Below are positions 12,424 through 26,018 of a DNA stretch of 55,241 nt, piece after piece. Positions within the stretch are counted from its first letter, which is position 1; every line of letters starts with the position of its first letter. Made by a program: the position numbers and the translations under genes. The notes under the pieces are model-generated. The model made no database searches. It worked only from the letters and a program-made list of their open reading frames with translations, and was not told the DNA's origin. This DNA comes from an uncultured SAR86 cluster bacterium (GTDB lineage: Bacteria > Pseudomonadota > Gammaproteobacteria > Magnimaribacterales > AG-339-G14): NCBI GenBank assembly GCA_902527995.1, contig CABZRA010000004.1, positions 1 through 55,241 on the forward strand, in the 5' to 3' direction.

Positions 12424-13764
12424 TTAATCTGTCATAAAATTACTGATGTCATAAATATCAGCAGGAGATAAGATGCCAGCAGATAATTTGAGATTAAGTT
12501 CCGCAATAATAAAATCATATTTAGAAGAATTAAAATCTCTCTGAGCTGAGAAAAAATTTCTTTCTGCATTAAGCAAATCTACGATATTCCTTGTATCAGA
12601 TTCATACCCAAATTGAGTAGCTCGCAAAGCTGATCGGGAAGATTTTAATGCTTGTTCACGAGCTTTAACATTTGCTAGGTTTGTAAGCACAGATGAATAA
12701 GAAGATTTAATTTGTTGCTTAATTTTTCTTTCCATTAATATTTCTTCTTGTTGAGCTTTTTCAAAATTCGCATAAGCTTCCCTTCTTTCTGAACTTATTA
12801 GCCCACCAGCCATTAAAGGCCAAGAAAATTGAAGGCTATATTTTCTATCTTCAATATAATTTTCTTCAAAACTAAAATTCCCACCAGCGAAGGAAGGTTG
12901 TCTACTATTGTTGCGAGTCACATTGGCGACAAGGTCAACATCTGGGAAATGATCAGAAAGCTTACTTTGCGCATTTCTCTTAGAGGCTCTGGTAGCAAGT
13001 TTTGCAGCTTTTAAAGAAAAATTATTAGTTAGGCCCATACCTACCCATTGTTCTTGAGACTTAGGATTAGGCGAGCTAACAGGATATGTCTCGTTTAAAT
13101 CAGCTAAATCTGGCGCTTCTCCAATAATCGCTATTAATGCTTCACGAGCAAATTCCAATTGACCTTGACTAGCAATCCTCGAAACTTGGGATAGGTCATA
13201 AAATGCTTGTGCCTCTTGAAAATTAGTAACAGAGGAAACTCCCTCTTCAAAAAGTCTTTTTGCTATGTCTCTTTGTCTCTTGATTGCGCTTTCTTCTGCT
13301 TGAGCTACTTCCAAGTTTTTTATCGCTTTTAATAAGTTGAAATATGTTATCGAAACCCTTGTTATGGTTTCTTGTTGTGCAAAAGCAAATTTGGCTTTAG
13401 CAATTTCGCTCATCGCTTTTCCTTGACTGAATTGGAACCATCTATCAACCCTAAAAATGGGTTGAATTAAATCTGCAGAATATCCATAAGTATTATTTCC
13501 AGTACCGTCAAAAAAGGTGGATTGAGAACCTCGAAGTACTTCTGATTCGTTCCAGCTAGAAATGCCTCTAGTGGTCAAGCTTGGCAAGAGACCTGCTATT
13601 CCTTTTGCTTTGGCTTCTTTTTCGGCACGATAAGTTGCTTCTGCTATTTTCAATTCGGGATCTTTATCTAATGCTAATTCATAAATCTCGGCAAGAGATA
13701 ATGATTGCCCACTTATTAAAATCGAAAGGAAGAATGAAGAAATAATAAAATATAATTTAAACAC
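12424..13764 (-). CDS. tolC: TolC-family outer membrane efflux protein
   Basis: Signal peptide, two OEP repeats, RNIVDLLNAE; tolC/thiC/parE synteny; GTG start. Confidence 0.88.
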   Translation of the reverse strand: MFKLYFIISSFFLSILISGQSLSLAEIYELALDKDPELKIAEATYRAEKEAKAKGIAGLLPSLTTRGISSWNESEVLRGSQSTFFDGTGNNTYGYSADLIQPIFRVDRWFQFSQGKAMSEIAKAKFAFAQQETITRVSITYFNLLKAIKNLEVAQAEESAIKRQRDIAKRLFEEGVSSVTNFQEAQAFYDLSQVSRIASQGQLEFAREALIAIIGEAPDLADLNETYPVSSPNPKSQEQWVGMGLTNNFSLKAAKLATRASKRNAQSKLSDHFPDVDLVANVTRNNSRQPSFAGGNFSFEENYIEDRKYSLQFSWPLMAGGLISSERREAYANFEKAQQEEILMERKIKQQIKSSYSSVLTNLANVKAREQALKSSRSALRATQFGYESDTRNIVDLLNAERNFFSAQRDFNSSKYDFIIAELNLKLSAGILSPADIYDISNFMTD

Positions 13765-13821
13765 ATTGAAATTATATATTATTTAAAGTTGACACTGTAA
13801 ACATTATACAAATGAATATAA

Positions 13822-15660
<1,839 letters not shown>

Positions 15661-15668
15661 GAGAGTAA

Positions 15669-16145
15669 ATGATTAAAGTGGGAGAGCAATTACCCTCAGC
15701 AAAGCTATTTAAGCTTGGAGAAAAAGGAGTAGATGCCATTGAAAGCACCGAATATCTCGCTGATAAAAAGGTAGCTATAGTTTCTGTACCGAGTGCATTT
15801 TCGTCAACATGTTCAATTCAACTCCCTGGTTATATAGAAAAATCTGAAGAAATTCTTTCTAAAGGTATAGATGAAATTGTTTGCTTAGCAGTAAATAATG
15901 CTTTTGTAATGAAAGCGTGGGAAAAGCACCTTGAGGCATCTGACAAAGTAACTTTTCTATCTGATGGAAATGGTGAGTTTTCCAAAGCTATGGGTCTTTT
16001 GGCAGACGCATCAATGATAGGTTTTGGAGAAATTTCAGCAAGGTACGCTGCCGTTGCAAATAATAATGTCTTAGAAGCAGTTTTTGTGGAAGCTGGAACC
16101 GCTCTTGAAGTAAGTACAGCAGAAAATTTACTAAATAATCTTTAA
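15669..16145 (+). CDS. Prx5-type peroxiredoxin
   Basis: VPSAFSSTCS peroxidatic motif, FVMKAW, SDGNGEF; AGGAG SD. Confidence 0.88.
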   Translation: MIKVGEQLPSAKLFKLGEKGVDAIESTEYLADKKVAIVSVPSAFSSTCSIQLPGYIEKSEEILSKGIDEIVCLAVNNAFVMKAWEKHLEASDKVTFLSDGNGEFSKAMGLLADASMIGFGEISARYAAVANNNVLEAVFVEAGTALEVSTAENLLNNL

Positions 16146-16147
16146 TT

Positions 16148-18043
16148 TTGGCCAACTTAAAATATACCGCTGAGTCAATTGAGGTCTTATCGGGATTAGA
16201 GCCCGTAAGAAAAAGACCTGGTATGTATACCGATACCTCTAGTCCAAATCACCTTGTCATGGAAGTTGTAGACAATAGTGTTGATGAAGCAATTGCAGGA
16301 TACGCAAAAGAAATTTCTGTTTCTCTGAATAAGGATAATTCCATCTCTGTCGAAGACGACGGGAGGGGAATGCCAGTTGATTTGCATCCAGAGGAAAAAG
16401 TCCCGGGTGTTGAATTAATATTTTCTAGATTACATGCAGGAGCCAAGTTCTCTAATAAGGAATATGTTTTTTCAGGAGGTTTGCATGGAGTGGGAGTTTC
16501 GGTAGTAAATGCTCTTTCAAGTTATCTAAAAGCAGAAATCAAGAGAGATGGCTCTAAGTTTGCTATTGAATTTGCTGATAGCTTGAAAAAAAAGGATCTA
16601 AAAAAAGTTGATTCGGTAGGGCAAAGAAATACTGGAACAAAAGTTGTCTTTAAACCAGATGCAAGTTTTTTTGATACTGAACAAATTTCTTCAAAAAATC
16701 TTTCTAATGCTTTAAGAGCAAAAGCAGTCCTATGTCCTGGACTCACCATAAAATATAAAGACGAAATTTCTAAAACTAGAGAAGAATGGTGTTACGTAGA
16801 TGGTTTGGGAGATTATCTGATAAATGAACTAGGCGAAGGTCTCTATATTCCTGAAAATCCAATTATAGGGGAGCACATTGATAAAGATTCAGCTCTTTCT
16901 TGGGCCCTAGTATGGGAAAGAGGTGAAAAAGAAAAAATTTCGGAAAGTTATGTAAATCTAATTCCAACTCCTCAAGGTGGGACCCATGTAAATGGAATGA
17001 AAAGCGGAATGACCGAGGCGCTTAAAGAATTTTGTGATTATAGAAAACTAATACCAAGGGGGGTCAAATTAACATCTGATGATGTATGGAAAAATTGTAA
17101 TTTTGTTTTATCAGCTAAACTTACAGATCCTCAATTTAGTGGCCAAACAAAAGAAAAATTGTCTTCAAAAGATTTTCAAAATGTAGCATCGTCAATTTCC
17201 AAAGACAGTCTTGCAATATGGTTAAATCAACATACTGAAGCGGCTGAAGAAATAGCTTTTATAGCCATCGAAAATGCTCAGGTAAGAGTGAAAGCCAGCC
17301 AAAAAGTCGAAAGGAAGAAGATCACAAAAGGAATAACGTTACCTGGAAAGTTATCAGATTGTGTTTCAGGAGAAATCTCAGAGACAGAATTATTTTTAGT
17401 TGAAGGAGAATCAGCAGGAGGATCAGCTAAACAAGCAAGAAATAGACAATTTCAAGCTGTAATGTCGCTTAAAGGAAAAATTTTAAATACTTGGGAAGTT
17501 GATACAGATGCTGTCACACAATCACAAGAAGTAAAAGACATCGCCATGGCCTTAGGTTTGGAACCAGGTTGTAAGACTCTGGAAAATTTAAGGTATGGAA
17601 AAATATGTATTTTGGCCGATGCTGATACTGATGGCGCTCACATAGCTACACTTATTTGCGCACTATTTTTAAAACATTTCAGGCCTTTGGTTGAAGCTGG
17701 ACATGTGTTTATAGCTCAACCTCCTTTATTTAGGATAGATCAAGGAAAAGAAGTATTTTATGCCCTAGATGAAGATGAAAAAGAAAAAATAGTAAAACAA
17801 CTAAATTCAAAAAATAAACAAAAGAAAATTGAGATTCAAAGATTTAAAGGATTAGGAGAAATGAATCCAAGTCAGTTAAGAGAGACGACAATGGAATTAG
17901 ATGGAAGAAGGCTTCTAAAACTAACTTTAGAAAAAGGCAACACCTCTACTTCGTTGATGGATATGTTGTTGTCTAAAAAACGTGCAGGCGATAGAAAAAA
18001 CTGGTTAGAAACAAAAGGAGACCTCGCTAGTTTAAATGAGTAA
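16148..18043 (+). CDS. parE: DNA topoisomerase IV subunit B
   Basis: [50 protein letters not shown]; TTG start. Confidence 0.96.
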   Translation: MANLKYTAESIEVLSGLEPVRKRPGMYTDTSSPNHLVMEVVDNSVDEAIAGYAKEISVSLNKDNSISVEDDGRGMPVDLHPEEKVPGVELIFSRLHAGAKFSNKEYVFSGGLHGVGVSVVNALSSYLKAEIKRDGSKFAIEFADSLKKKDLKKVDSVGQRNTGTKVVFKPDASFFDTEQISSKNLSNALRAKAVLCPGLTIKYKDEISKTREEWCYVDGLGDYLINELGEGLYIPENPIIGEHIDKDSALSWALVWERGEKEKISESYVNLIPTPQGGTHVNGMKSGMTEALKEFCDYRKLIPRGVKLTSDDVWKNCNFVLSAKLTDPQFSGQTKEKLSSKDFQNVASSISKDSLAIWLNQHTEAAEEIAFIAIENAQVRVKASQKVERKKITKGITLPGKLSDCVSGEISETELFLVEGESAGGSAKQARNRQFQAVMSLKGKILNTWEVDTDAVTQSQEVKDIAMALGLEPGCKTLENLRYGKICILADADTDGAHIATLICALFLKHFRPLVEAGHVFIAQPPLFRIDQGKEVFYALDEDEKEKIVKQLNSKNKQKKIEIQRFKGLGEMNPSQLRETTMELDGRRLLKLTLEKGNTSTSLMDMLLSKKRAGDRKNWLETKGDLASLNE

Positions 18044-20264
18044 AGAGGAAAGCTTACCAATAGGCGGATATGCTGAAAAAGCATACTTAGAATATTCTAT
18101 GTATGTAATATTGGATAGAGCCTTACCTTTTGTTGGAGACGGCCTTAAACCAGTTCAAAGAAGAATTGTGTATGCAATGTCCGAGCTAGGTTTAAAGTCT
18201 TCAGCTAAATTTAAAAAAAGCGCAAGAACGGTAGGAGATGTTATTGGAAAATTCCATCCTCATGGTGACGGTGCCGCATATGAGGCTATGGTGTTGATGG
18301 CTCAAGAATTCTCAACAAGATACCCACTAATTGAGGGTCAAGGAAATTTTGGATCTTTGGATGATCCAAAAAGTTTTGCAGCCATGCGATACACCGAATG
18401 CAGACTTTCATCTTATTCACAAAATCTTTTAACCGAAATTTCTCAGGGCACGGTAGATTGGATGCCCAACTTTGATGGCACGCTAATCGAGCCAAAATTT
18501 CTACCCTCTAGATTGCCTAATGTTTTATTGAATGGAGCTTCTGGAATAGCTGTAGGAATGGCTACAGATATTCCTCCTCACAACTTAAGAGAAGTTGTCC
18601 AGGCAACTATCGGTCTTTTGGATTCCCCAAAACTTTCAATCAAAGATTTGATGAGTTTTATACCAAGCCCTGATTTTCCTACAAAGGCTGAAATCATTTC
18701 CTCAAAAGAAGAACTTGAAGAAATTTATACATCGGGAAGAGGCTCTATTAAATTAAGAGCTACTTACGAGATTGAAGACGGTGAAATAGTTATAAATTCG
18801 CTTCCCTACCAAATTTCTTCATCAAAAATACTTGAGCAAATAGCTTCACAAATTGATTCAAAAAAAATTACTATGATTGAAGATTTAAGAGACGAAAGTG
18901 ATGAAACAAACCCAGTGAGAATTATCATTTCACCACGTTCTAATAGAATTGATAAAAATGCCTTAATGAGTCATTTATTTGCGACTACGGAGTTGCAAAA
19001 AAATGTTCGAGTAAATCTTAATGTCATTGGTCTTAACGGAAAACCAAGAGTTTTTGATCTCAAGGGAATTTTAAAAGAATGGATAAAATTTAGAACCGAG
19101 ACGGTAAAAAGAAGGCTTCAACATCGACTAGATTGGGTAAATGACCGGTTACATATTTTAGATGGTCTATTAAAAGCTTATTTAAATCTTGACGAAGTGA
19201 TAAAAATTATCAGAACACAAGACGAGCCAAAAAAGGTTTTAATGAAAAAATTTAAGCTTTCTGAGATACAAGCAAATGCAATTCTAGATATACGTCTAAG
19301 ACAGTTAGCAAAGCTAGAAGAGGAAGCGATCTTACTAGAAAAAAAAGATCTATCCTCTGAGGCAAAAGAAATTGAAAAAATTCTAGGCTCTTCAAGCAGA
19401 TTAAAAACATTGTTAAAAAAAGAGCTTAAAGAGGATTTAGAAGAATACGGTGACGCTAGAAATAGTGATCTAGTAGAAGCAGAAGAAGCTAAGGCATTTG
19501 ATGAGAAAGATTTAATTTCAAATGACCCTATGACTGTAGTGTTATCTAAGAGAGGGTGGATTAGAGCTGCCAAAGGCCATGAGATAGATCCTGAAAGCCT
19601 GCAATATCGAGAGGGAGATGACTTCCTTTCTTCAGTTACCGCACGTAATAGTCAAAATGCGGTAATAATCGATAGTTTTGGAAAAGCTTTTACTTTGCCA
19701 ATTCATAAACTTCCTTCGGCTAGAGGACAAGGAGATCCAGTTTCTAGTAGCATTAACTCCCAATCTGGCTCTACTTTTGCGGGGGTCGTTGCAGGAACAG
19801 AAGAAGAATATTGTTTGTTGGCTGCAAATAGTGGATATGGTTTTATTGCAAAAATATCAGATCTTCAAACAAAAAATAAATCTGGAAAAGCGGCTTTGAA
19901 TACAAAAGGAGCAATTCCTCTTGGACCTGAAAAACTTACTTCACTAAGAAATTCTTATATCGCATCTATCACTGAGGAAGGAAAAATGCTCTTAATTGAT
20001 TCTAAAGATTTACCAATTCTTTCAAAAGGAAAGGGAAATAAAATTATCAATATTGATAAAAAGAAATTTGAATCGAAAGAAAATAAACTGGTCTTTATTA
20101 AAACGCTTGAAAAAGGTTCTGATCTTAAAATACATAGTGGCAAGCAAAGCTATACTGTGAAGGCTAAAGATTTAGAAAATTTTGTTGGAACGAGAGGAAG
20201 AAAGGGAAACTTTTTACCAAAGGGTTATAGAAGAGTAGAAAAATTGGAAGTTATTACCGAGTGA
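18036..20264 (+). CDS. parC: DNA topoisomerase IV subunit A
   Basis: [39 protein letters not shown]. Confidence 0.96.
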   Translation: MSKEESLPIGGYAEKAYLEYSMYVILDRALPFVGDGLKPVQRRIVYAMSELGLKSSAKFKKSARTVGDVIGKFHPHGDGAAYEAMVLMAQEFSTRYPLIEGQGNFGSLDDPKSFAAMRYTECRLSSYSQNLLTEISQGTVDWMPNFDGTLIEPKFLPSRLPNVLLNGASGIAVGMATDIPPHNLREVVQATIGLLDSPKLSIKDLMSFIPSPDFPTKAEIISSKEELEEIYTSGRGSIKLRATYEIEDGEIVINSLPYQISSSKILEQIASQIDSKKITMIEDLRDESDETNPVRIIISPRSNRIDKNALMSHLFATTELQKNVRVNLNVIGLNGKPRVFDLKGILKEWIKFRTETVKRRLQHRLDWVNDRLHILDGLLKAYLNLDEVIKIIRTQDEPKKVLMKKFKLSEIQANAILDIRLRQLAKLEEEAILLEKKDLSSEAKEIEKILGSSSRLKTLLKKELKEDLEEYGDARNSDLVEAEEAKAFDEKDLISNDPMTVVLSKRGWIRAAKGHEIDPESLQYREGDDFLSSVTARNSQNAVIIDSFGKAFTLPIHKLPSARGQGDPVSSSINSQSGSTFAGVVAGTEEEYCLLAANSGYGFIAKISDLQTKNKSGKAALNTKGAIPLGPEKLTSLRNSYIASITEEGKMLLIDSKDLPILSKGKGNKIINIDKKKFESKENKLVFIKTLEKGSDLKIHSGKQSYTVKAKDLENFVGTRGRKGNFLPKGYRRVEKLEVITE

Positions 20265-20269
20265 AAAAT

Positions 20270-21319
20270 TTATTCGTTACTAACGTTAGGTATTAATTGT
20301 TGGTTCAATCTTTTCTTCTCCTTTATCTCTTCAATTGCTGCGTTAATTTCAAGGAATCTCTCTGGAGTAGCTGGATGAGTAGAAGTATGGCTCTGATTTA
20401 TACTTCCAGGATGTTCTACGGCCATGTTACGCCAAAAATCAGCAACATTGTCTATTGAGTATCCAGCTCTTTCCATATAATAAATTCCTACGTAATCTGC
20501 TTCAGCCTCAAACTCTTGAGAATACATTCTCGCTCCTGCTTGACCAAATACACCTTGAGTATTTACACCATAATATGCAGCAGCTAGGTCAACTATTGTG
20601 CCAAGAAGGGAATTTGTTCTTAACTTTGAAATATGGTTCATAATGTTATGCCCAAGCTCATGAGCTATCACGAGTCCTAATTGTTCATCTTCCTGAGCAA
20701 ATCTAATCATGCCTGTTGTTATGCCAATTTGACTTCCATTCGCAAAAGCATTCACTGAATCATTTTGAACAAGTAAGATTGGGTAATTGCAAATTAGATC
20801 AGGATCAAACGTAGCAACTCTTTCTTCGCCTTGTCTTTTATAAACTACTTTTAAAGAATCTGATTTAGCCCTAAGCTTTTCAAGCTTTTTATGAAATTTT
20901 TCCTTATCTTCAGAAGCTTTAATATTATTGATCGATACAATTTCATCATTACTTCTAAGTCCACTCTTAAAAGCCGAAGAGCTTGGGATAACATAAGTTA
21001 ATAAAAGCCTATCATCGATTTCGTAAACTTCTTTCTCAACTTCTGAATATTTATCTGAAGATACGTAAGCATTAAACATCACTCCAAGTGAGCTAATTGT
21101 GTTTTCGCATAACTCCGAGGAATTTTTAAGAATTGGATAACCCACTTTTTGAAGTCTTTCATATCTAGCTTTAATTTTTTGAAGCGATAATTTTTGTTGA
21201 AGTTTTGTTTCTGCATCAAGTGCTTCACTATCAATACTTATCCTTTGCGTTGAGGGACCAGCACAAGAGCTTATCAAAGCAAAAATAAGAAGGAGTTTTA
21301 TAAATCTAAAATTCGACAC
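20270..21319 (-). CDS. M48-family Zn metalloprotease lipoprotein with PDZ-like domain
   Basis: Lipobox LISSC, NAFA, HELGH, EAEAD, THP. Confidence 0.85.
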   Translation of the reverse strand: MSNFRFIKLLLIFALISSCAGPSTQRISIDSEALDAETKLQQKLSLQKIKARYERLQKVGYPILKNSSELCENTISSLGVMFNAYVSSDKYSEVEKEVYEIDDRLLLTYVIPSSSAFKSGLRSNDEIVSINNIKASEDKEKFHKKLEKLRAKSDSLKVVYKRQGEERVATFDPDLICNYPILLVQNDSVNAFANGSQIGITTGMIRFAQEDEQLGLVIAHELGHNIMNHISKLRTNSLLGTIVDLAAAYYGVNTQGVFGQAGARMYSQEFEAEADYVGIYYMERAGYSIDNVADFWRNMAVEHPGSINQSHTSTHPATPERFLEINAAIEEIKEKKRLNQQLIPNVSNE

Positions 21320-21372
21320 AATAATATGTTAAGAAATTTTTTTCTTTTAACAAGAATTTGATTAGAAATTTT

Positions 21373-22572
21373 CTAAACGATATTTTTATATGCTTTTTCA
21401 AACCTTTTAAAACCTTCATTGATTTCTTTATCTGAAATTATAAGAGAAGGAGCTAATCGAATGGTTTTATCTCCGGCAGCTTGAACAACGATTAAGCCTT
21501 CTTTGTAAGCAGATTGAATGAAATTTGATGATTTAACAGTCTTAAAATCACATCCAATCCAAAGACCAGCAGTTCTAATATCTGAAAACATATTATATTT
21601 TTCTGTCAAAGCGTTTAATTTTTTTGAAAAAGAGATTGTTTTCTTGACGACTCCAGATAAAACTTTTTGTGAGGATATAATTTCAACCACTTTTTTCGCA
21701 ACAATGCACGCTAATGGGTTTCCGCCGAAAGTACTACCATGAGTTCCGGGTTGAAAAGCTTCAGCTATGTGCTTTTTAGCTAGTGTTGCTCCGATGGGCA
21801 TTCCTCCACCTAACCCTTTTGCTAGCGTTGAAATATCAGGCGTAACTCCATATCCCATATACGACATTAAAGTACCAGTTCTTCCAATCCCACTTTGAAC
21901 CTCATCGAAAATCAATAGCGCTTTATGTTTGTCAGCAATTTTTCTTAGGCCTTTTAAAAATGGATTAGTTGCTCTAATTATTCCTGATTCCCCCAAAATT
22001 GGTTCTATAAAAATTGCGGCCGTTTTTTTTGAGATAATTTTTTTTACCGACTCAAGATCATTAAATTTTGCTCTTTTGAAGCCTTTCAATAATGGTCCAA
22101 AACCAGTTTTTTGTATTTTCGAGTCTCCGGCACTTATATTCAACATAGAGCGACCATGAAAAGCATCAGTGAATACAATTATTTCATTCTTTTCTAACTT
22201 GCCTTGATCATAAAAGTATCTTCTTGCTAGTTTTATCGCAGCTTCATTAGCTTCATTACCAGAATTCGAGAAGAAAACTTTATCAGCAAAAGTTTTTTTT
22301 GCTAATAATTCGCTTAGTTCTAATGCAGGTTCGTTGTAGAGATAGTTACTTACATGCCAAAGCTTAGTCGATTGAGCTTTTAAAACTTTAATAAGTTCAG
22401 GATGAGAATGACCAAGGCAGGTAACAGCAATTCCTCCGCCGAAATCAACGTAATTATTTCCATTTGAATCCCATAAAATTGATTTTTTCCCTTTGATAGG
22501 GGTAAACCATGCAGGAGCATAATTAGGAGTTAACGCTGTTCTATCAATAGAATTTATTATTTTCTTAGCCAT
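21373..22572 (-). CDS. argD: Acetylornithine/succinylornithine aminotransferase
   Basis: DFGGGIAV, NSGNEANEAAIK, DEVQSGIGRTG, AKGLGGG, HGSTFGGNP. Confidence 0.9.
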   Translation of the reverse strand: MAKKIINSIDRTALTPNYAPAWFTPIKGKKSILWDSNGNNYVDFGGGIAVTCLGHSHPELIKVLKAQSTKLWHVSNYLYNEPALELSELLAKKTFADKVFFSNSGNEANEAAIKLARRYFYDQGKLEKNEIIVFTDAFHGRSMLNISAGDSKIQKTGFGPLLKGFKRAKFNDLESVKKIISKKTAAIFIEPILGESGIIRATNPFLKGLRKIADKHKALLIFDEVQSGIGRTGTLMSYMGYGVTPDISTLAKGLGGGMPIGATLAKKHIAEAFQPGTHGSTFGGNPLACIVAKKVVEIISSQKVLSGVVKKTISFSKKLNALTEKYNMFSDIRTAGLWIGCDFKTVKSSNFIQSAYKEGLIVVQAAGDKTIRLAPSLIISDKEINEGFKRFEKAYKNIV

Positions 22573-22617
22573 CAAAAAAATTAATTAAAATGATTTGGTT
22601 TAATATAGCAATTTAAT

Positions 22618-23106
22618 ATGGTTACTGCAGATCGCCTCGAAACAAATCATACATTTAGATTGACTTTAACGCCAAATCGTTCGATTTCGTGGAAAGGTAA
22701 TATGCTTTTTTTAATGTTAATTTCAACTCCCATTTTAATAATTGCTTTTGGGTTTTTATACATTGGAGCTCCAATAATTCTTCCATTTGCAGGACTAGAA
22801 ATTCTAATAGTCTTATACGCTTCGTATTACGTTTATCAAAAAACCAATAAACAAGAAATAATAACCATTTCTCCAGAAAAATTAATTATCGAAAAAGGAA
22901 GATTTAGACCTGAAACTTCAATTGAATTCATTAGGGAGTGGGCGTATGTTTTTGTAGAAAAAGCGAAACACCCTTGGTATCCAATTCATATTGTTATTTC
23001 CTCTAAAGGTGAAAGAGTTCCTGTGGGAGACTTTTTAACTGAAGATGACAAGAAAATCTTGATAGAAAAAATGGACGAAATAATTAGAGAAATAAGAGTT
23101 ATTTAG
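22618..23106 (+). CDS. DUF2244-like integral membrane protein
   Basis: LTPNRS, ILPFAGLE, VGDFLTED pattern, two TM segments. Confidence 0.8.
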   Translation: MVTADRLETNHTFRLTLTPNRSISWKGNMLFLMLISTPILIIAFGFLYIGAPIILPFAGLEILIVLYASYYVYQKTNKQEIITISPEKLIIEKGRFRPETSIEFIREWAYVFVEKAKHPWYPIHIVISSKGERVPVGDFLTEDDKKILIEKMDEIIREIRVI

Positions 23107-24265
23107 CTCTTTGATTGAAACGTCTGCCGATCATTGCAGATGCTATATTTACTTTTTGGACATCAATAGTTCCGCCCGCAATTCCCCAACCAAATGCATC
23201 TCGGACTTTTCTTTCCATGCCATATTCTTTGTTAAATCCGTATCCTCCCATAAGTTGCATTGCTGTAGTTGTTACTTCTCTGGCAATTTCATTTGCAAAA
23301 CATTTTGCGCTGCTTGATTCTAGGATGTCAGGTAAACCGTTAGCTGCATTAAAAACAGCACGATGAATTAATAGTCTAGAAGCTTCAACTTTCATCAACA
23401 TGTCTGCTAACTTAATTTGTACTGCTTGAAAATCTACTATTGGCTTGCCAAATTGTTCACGTTCCTGAACATATTCTTTAACATAATCTAATGCGGAAGA
23501 AGCTTGAGCTAGAGCCATAGTCGCATTACCACATCTTTCTAAATCAAAAGTTTCCATGAGTTTTTTAAAACCATCTTCAGGCTCAACCAATAAATTTTCT
23601 AAAGGTACCTCTACATTATCAAAGTAAATATCTGCCGAGGGAATCCCTCTCCAACCCATTAAACGCTCGCTATTTCCAAATGTTAGACCAGGGGTATCTA
23701 AATCAACAAAAACCGCACCAATTCCTTTAGCAGCTGGAGCATCTGACATTTTCGCATACACAACATATCCATCGGAGTGACCAGCTCCAGAGCACCATCT
23801 TTTGTTACCATTGATAACAATTTTGTCGCCTTTGATCTCTGCTTTAGTTTTAAGGTCTGTTAATCCAGTGCCTGCTCCTGGTTCCGACATACTTACAGCA
23901 ACTACTTTTTCTCCTTTACAAACTTCAGGAATAATTCTTTTCTTTAGAGCTTCGGTACCGAAATGTTCAATTACCTTAACTGGACCCGCATTGGCTTCAA
24001 AAACCGGCCATCCCACAGCGGAAGAGATTTTTCCGAATTCTTCTAAAATTATTATTGCATCAAGGTTTGATAATCCTTGACCACCATATTCTGTTGGCGC
24101 GTTGACACCGAGAAATCCCAATTCTCCAATTTTTTTTAATACGTCTTGCGGTACTGGACTTGCAGACTCTTCCATCTCATTAGCAAGAGATGTAAGTTCA
24201 TTGACAGCGAATTCACGTGCTACTTTTTGTAATTCTTGCTGATCTGAAGTAAGTTTAAAGTCCAT
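23099..24265 (-). CDS. Acyl-CoA dehydrogenase family protein
   Basis: SEPGAGT, NGNKRW, REQFGKPI, GGYG, IAGGT; likely start MDFKL at 24265. Confidence 0.92.
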   Translation of the reverse strand: MDFKLTSDQQELQKVAREFAVNELTSLANEMEESASPVPQDVLKKIGELGFLGVNAPTEYGGQGLSNLDAIIILEEFGKISSAVGWPVFEANAGPVKVIEHFGTEALKKRIIPEVCKGEKVVAVSMSEPGAGTGLTDLKTKAEIKGDKIVINGNKRWCSGAGHSDGYVVYAKMSDAPAAKGIGAVFVDLDTPGLTFGNSERLMGWRGIPSADIYFDNVEVPLENLLVEPEDGFKKLMETFDLERCGNATMALAQASSALDYVKEYVQEREQFGKPIVDFQAVQIKLADMLMKVEASRLLIHRAVFNAANGLPDILESSSAKCFANEIAREVTTTAMQLMGGYGFNKEYGMERKVRDAFGWGIAGGTIDVQKVNIASAMIGRRFNQRAK

Positions 24266-24307
24266 AATTAGGAAGTTAATTATACACATTGAGTTAAAAT
24301 CATCATC

Positions 24308-24730
24308 ATGAATGAAGATAAATTTCCATTACCGAATGGATATAAAAAGATAGAACAGACAGAAAGTCATATATCTCATATTGGACAAGGTTTTTATAAA
24401 AGAAATGACAGCGGTAATTTAGTTATGGCTTTTTGGATAAGACCTGAAAATGGAAACTCTGGAGGCGTAGCCCATGGTGGAATGTTAATGAGCATTGCAG
24501 ATTATTGTCTGTGTTCTGCAGCAATGGAATCTCGGGAAAATTATGCAGCCACTGTAAGTTTTAGATGTGAATTTATTGCACCAGCAAAAGTCGGACGTCT
24601 TTTAGAAATTTTCCCAAAAATTGATAAAGAAACAAAAAGTCTTGTTTTTGGACAAGGTAAAATTATATGTGACGGCGAAGTAGTTCTTAATTTTTCTGGA
24701 GCAGTAAAAAAAATCTTAAAAAGTACTTAA
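24308..24730 (+). CDS. PaaI-family hotdog thioesterase
   Basis: NSGGVAHGGMLMSIAD motif. Confidence 0.88.
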   Translation: MNEDKFPLPNGYKKIEQTESHISHIGQGFYKRNDSGNLVMAFWIRPENGNSGGVAHGGMLMSIADYCLCSAAMESRENYAATVSFRCEFIAPAKVGRLLEIFPKIDKETKSLVFGQGKIICDGEVVLNFSGAVKKILKST

Positions 24731-25966
24731 TTTTTTTTGAACTAAAATTCCCTTTAATCTAGCTATATCTGGAATTCCTTTTAAATATTTTATTGATGCT
24801 TCCCCTTGAATTAAAGGCCTTAAATATCTTCTACCTGCATTTGTAATTCTAAATCCGTCATTTGAAATAAATGCAGCAGGTAATTTTTTTTCCACATTAG
24901 CTATATTTTTTAAAGAGGCTTCAGAAACTGTCCATTTATAAGGCTGGTCACTGACTCGTCTAATAGTCGGCATCACTCCTGTTTTACCGCTCAAAGCGAG
25001 TTGAACGGCATATTTTCCAACCGCATATGCCTGATCTAGATCTGTTTTGGATGCAATATGTCTTGCTGATCTTTGGAGATAATCAGCTACCGCCCAATGA
25101 TTCTTTAAACCAATTTTGGTTACCATCGATGCAAGAACTGGTGCGACTCCACCTAGCTGCTTATGGCCAAAAGCATCAACTGATCCTGAATCTGCTAAAA
25201 ATTTTCCAGTTTTGTATTTAACTCCCTCAGAAGCTACAACAACACAGTATCCAAATCTTTGAGTTTTTTCTTTCACAGTCTTTAAAAACTTAGCTTTTTC
25301 AAAAGGTATTTCAGGAAGCAAAATAATATGTGGTGGATCTTCAAATTCGTTCCCCGCTAGACATGACGCTGCGGCAATCCATCCAGCATTTCTGCCCATA
25401 ACTTCTAAAATAAAAACTTTGGTTGAAGTTTCCGCCATGCTTTTAACGTCAAGTCCAGCTTCTAGAGTTGATGTTGCTACATATTTAGCTACTGATCCAA
25501 AACCAGGAGAACAATCAGTGAAAGGAAGGTCATTATCAACAGTCTTAGGAATACCAATACACTGAAGAGGAAACTTTAACTTCTTGGCCATCTCAGAAAC
25601 TTTGAAAGTTGTGTCTTGACTATCCCCACCTCCGTTATAAAAAAAATAACCTATGTCGTGAGCAGAAAATACTTCGAATAACCTTTCATACTCTTTTTTT
25701 TGTTTGACCGGGTCTTGCAATTTGAAACGACAAGATCCAAAAGCTCCTCCAGGAGTTTGTCTTAATTTTGCAATGGTAGATTTGGACTCTTTGGAAGTAT
25801 CAATGAGCTCTTCATTTAAAGCTCCTAAAATTCCATTTTTACCAGCTAGAACCTTATTAATTTTCGAAGATTTATTAACTGTTTCAATTAACCCACATGC
25901 CGAGGCATTTATCACAGAAGTAACTCCTCCGGATTGAGCGTAAAAAGCATTTTGTTTTAGAGCCAT
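24716..25966 (-). CDS. pfp: 6-phosphofructokinase, probably pyrophosphate-dependent
   Basis: QSGG, NGGGDS (Asp at the 104-equivalent), PKTVDND (Lys at the 124-equivalent), EVMGRNAGW. Confidence 0.88.
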   Translation of the reverse strand: MALKQNAFYAQSGGVTSVINASACGLIETVNKSSKINKVLAGKNGILGALNEELIDTSKESKSTIAKLRQTPGGAFGSCRFKLQDPVKQKKEYERLFEVFSAHDIGYFFYNGGGDSQDTTFKVSEMAKKLKFPLQCIGIPKTVDNDLPFTDCSPGFGSVAKYVATSTLEAGLDVKSMAETSTKVFILEVMGRNAGWIAAASCLAGNEFEDPPHIILLPEIPFEKAKFLKTVKEKTQRFGYCVVVASEGVKYKTGKFLADSGSVDAFGHKQLGGVAPVLASMVTKIGLKNHWAVADYLQRSARHIASKTDLDQAYAVGKYAVQLALSGKTGVMPTIRRVSDQPYKWTVSEASLKNIANVEKKLPAAFISNDGFRITNAGRRYLRPLIQGEASIKYLKGIPDIARLKGILVQKKLSTF

Positions 25967-26018
25967 CAAACAAATATAACTGAAAAAAGTATTTCTGTGA
26001 AAAGGATATAATTTACAA

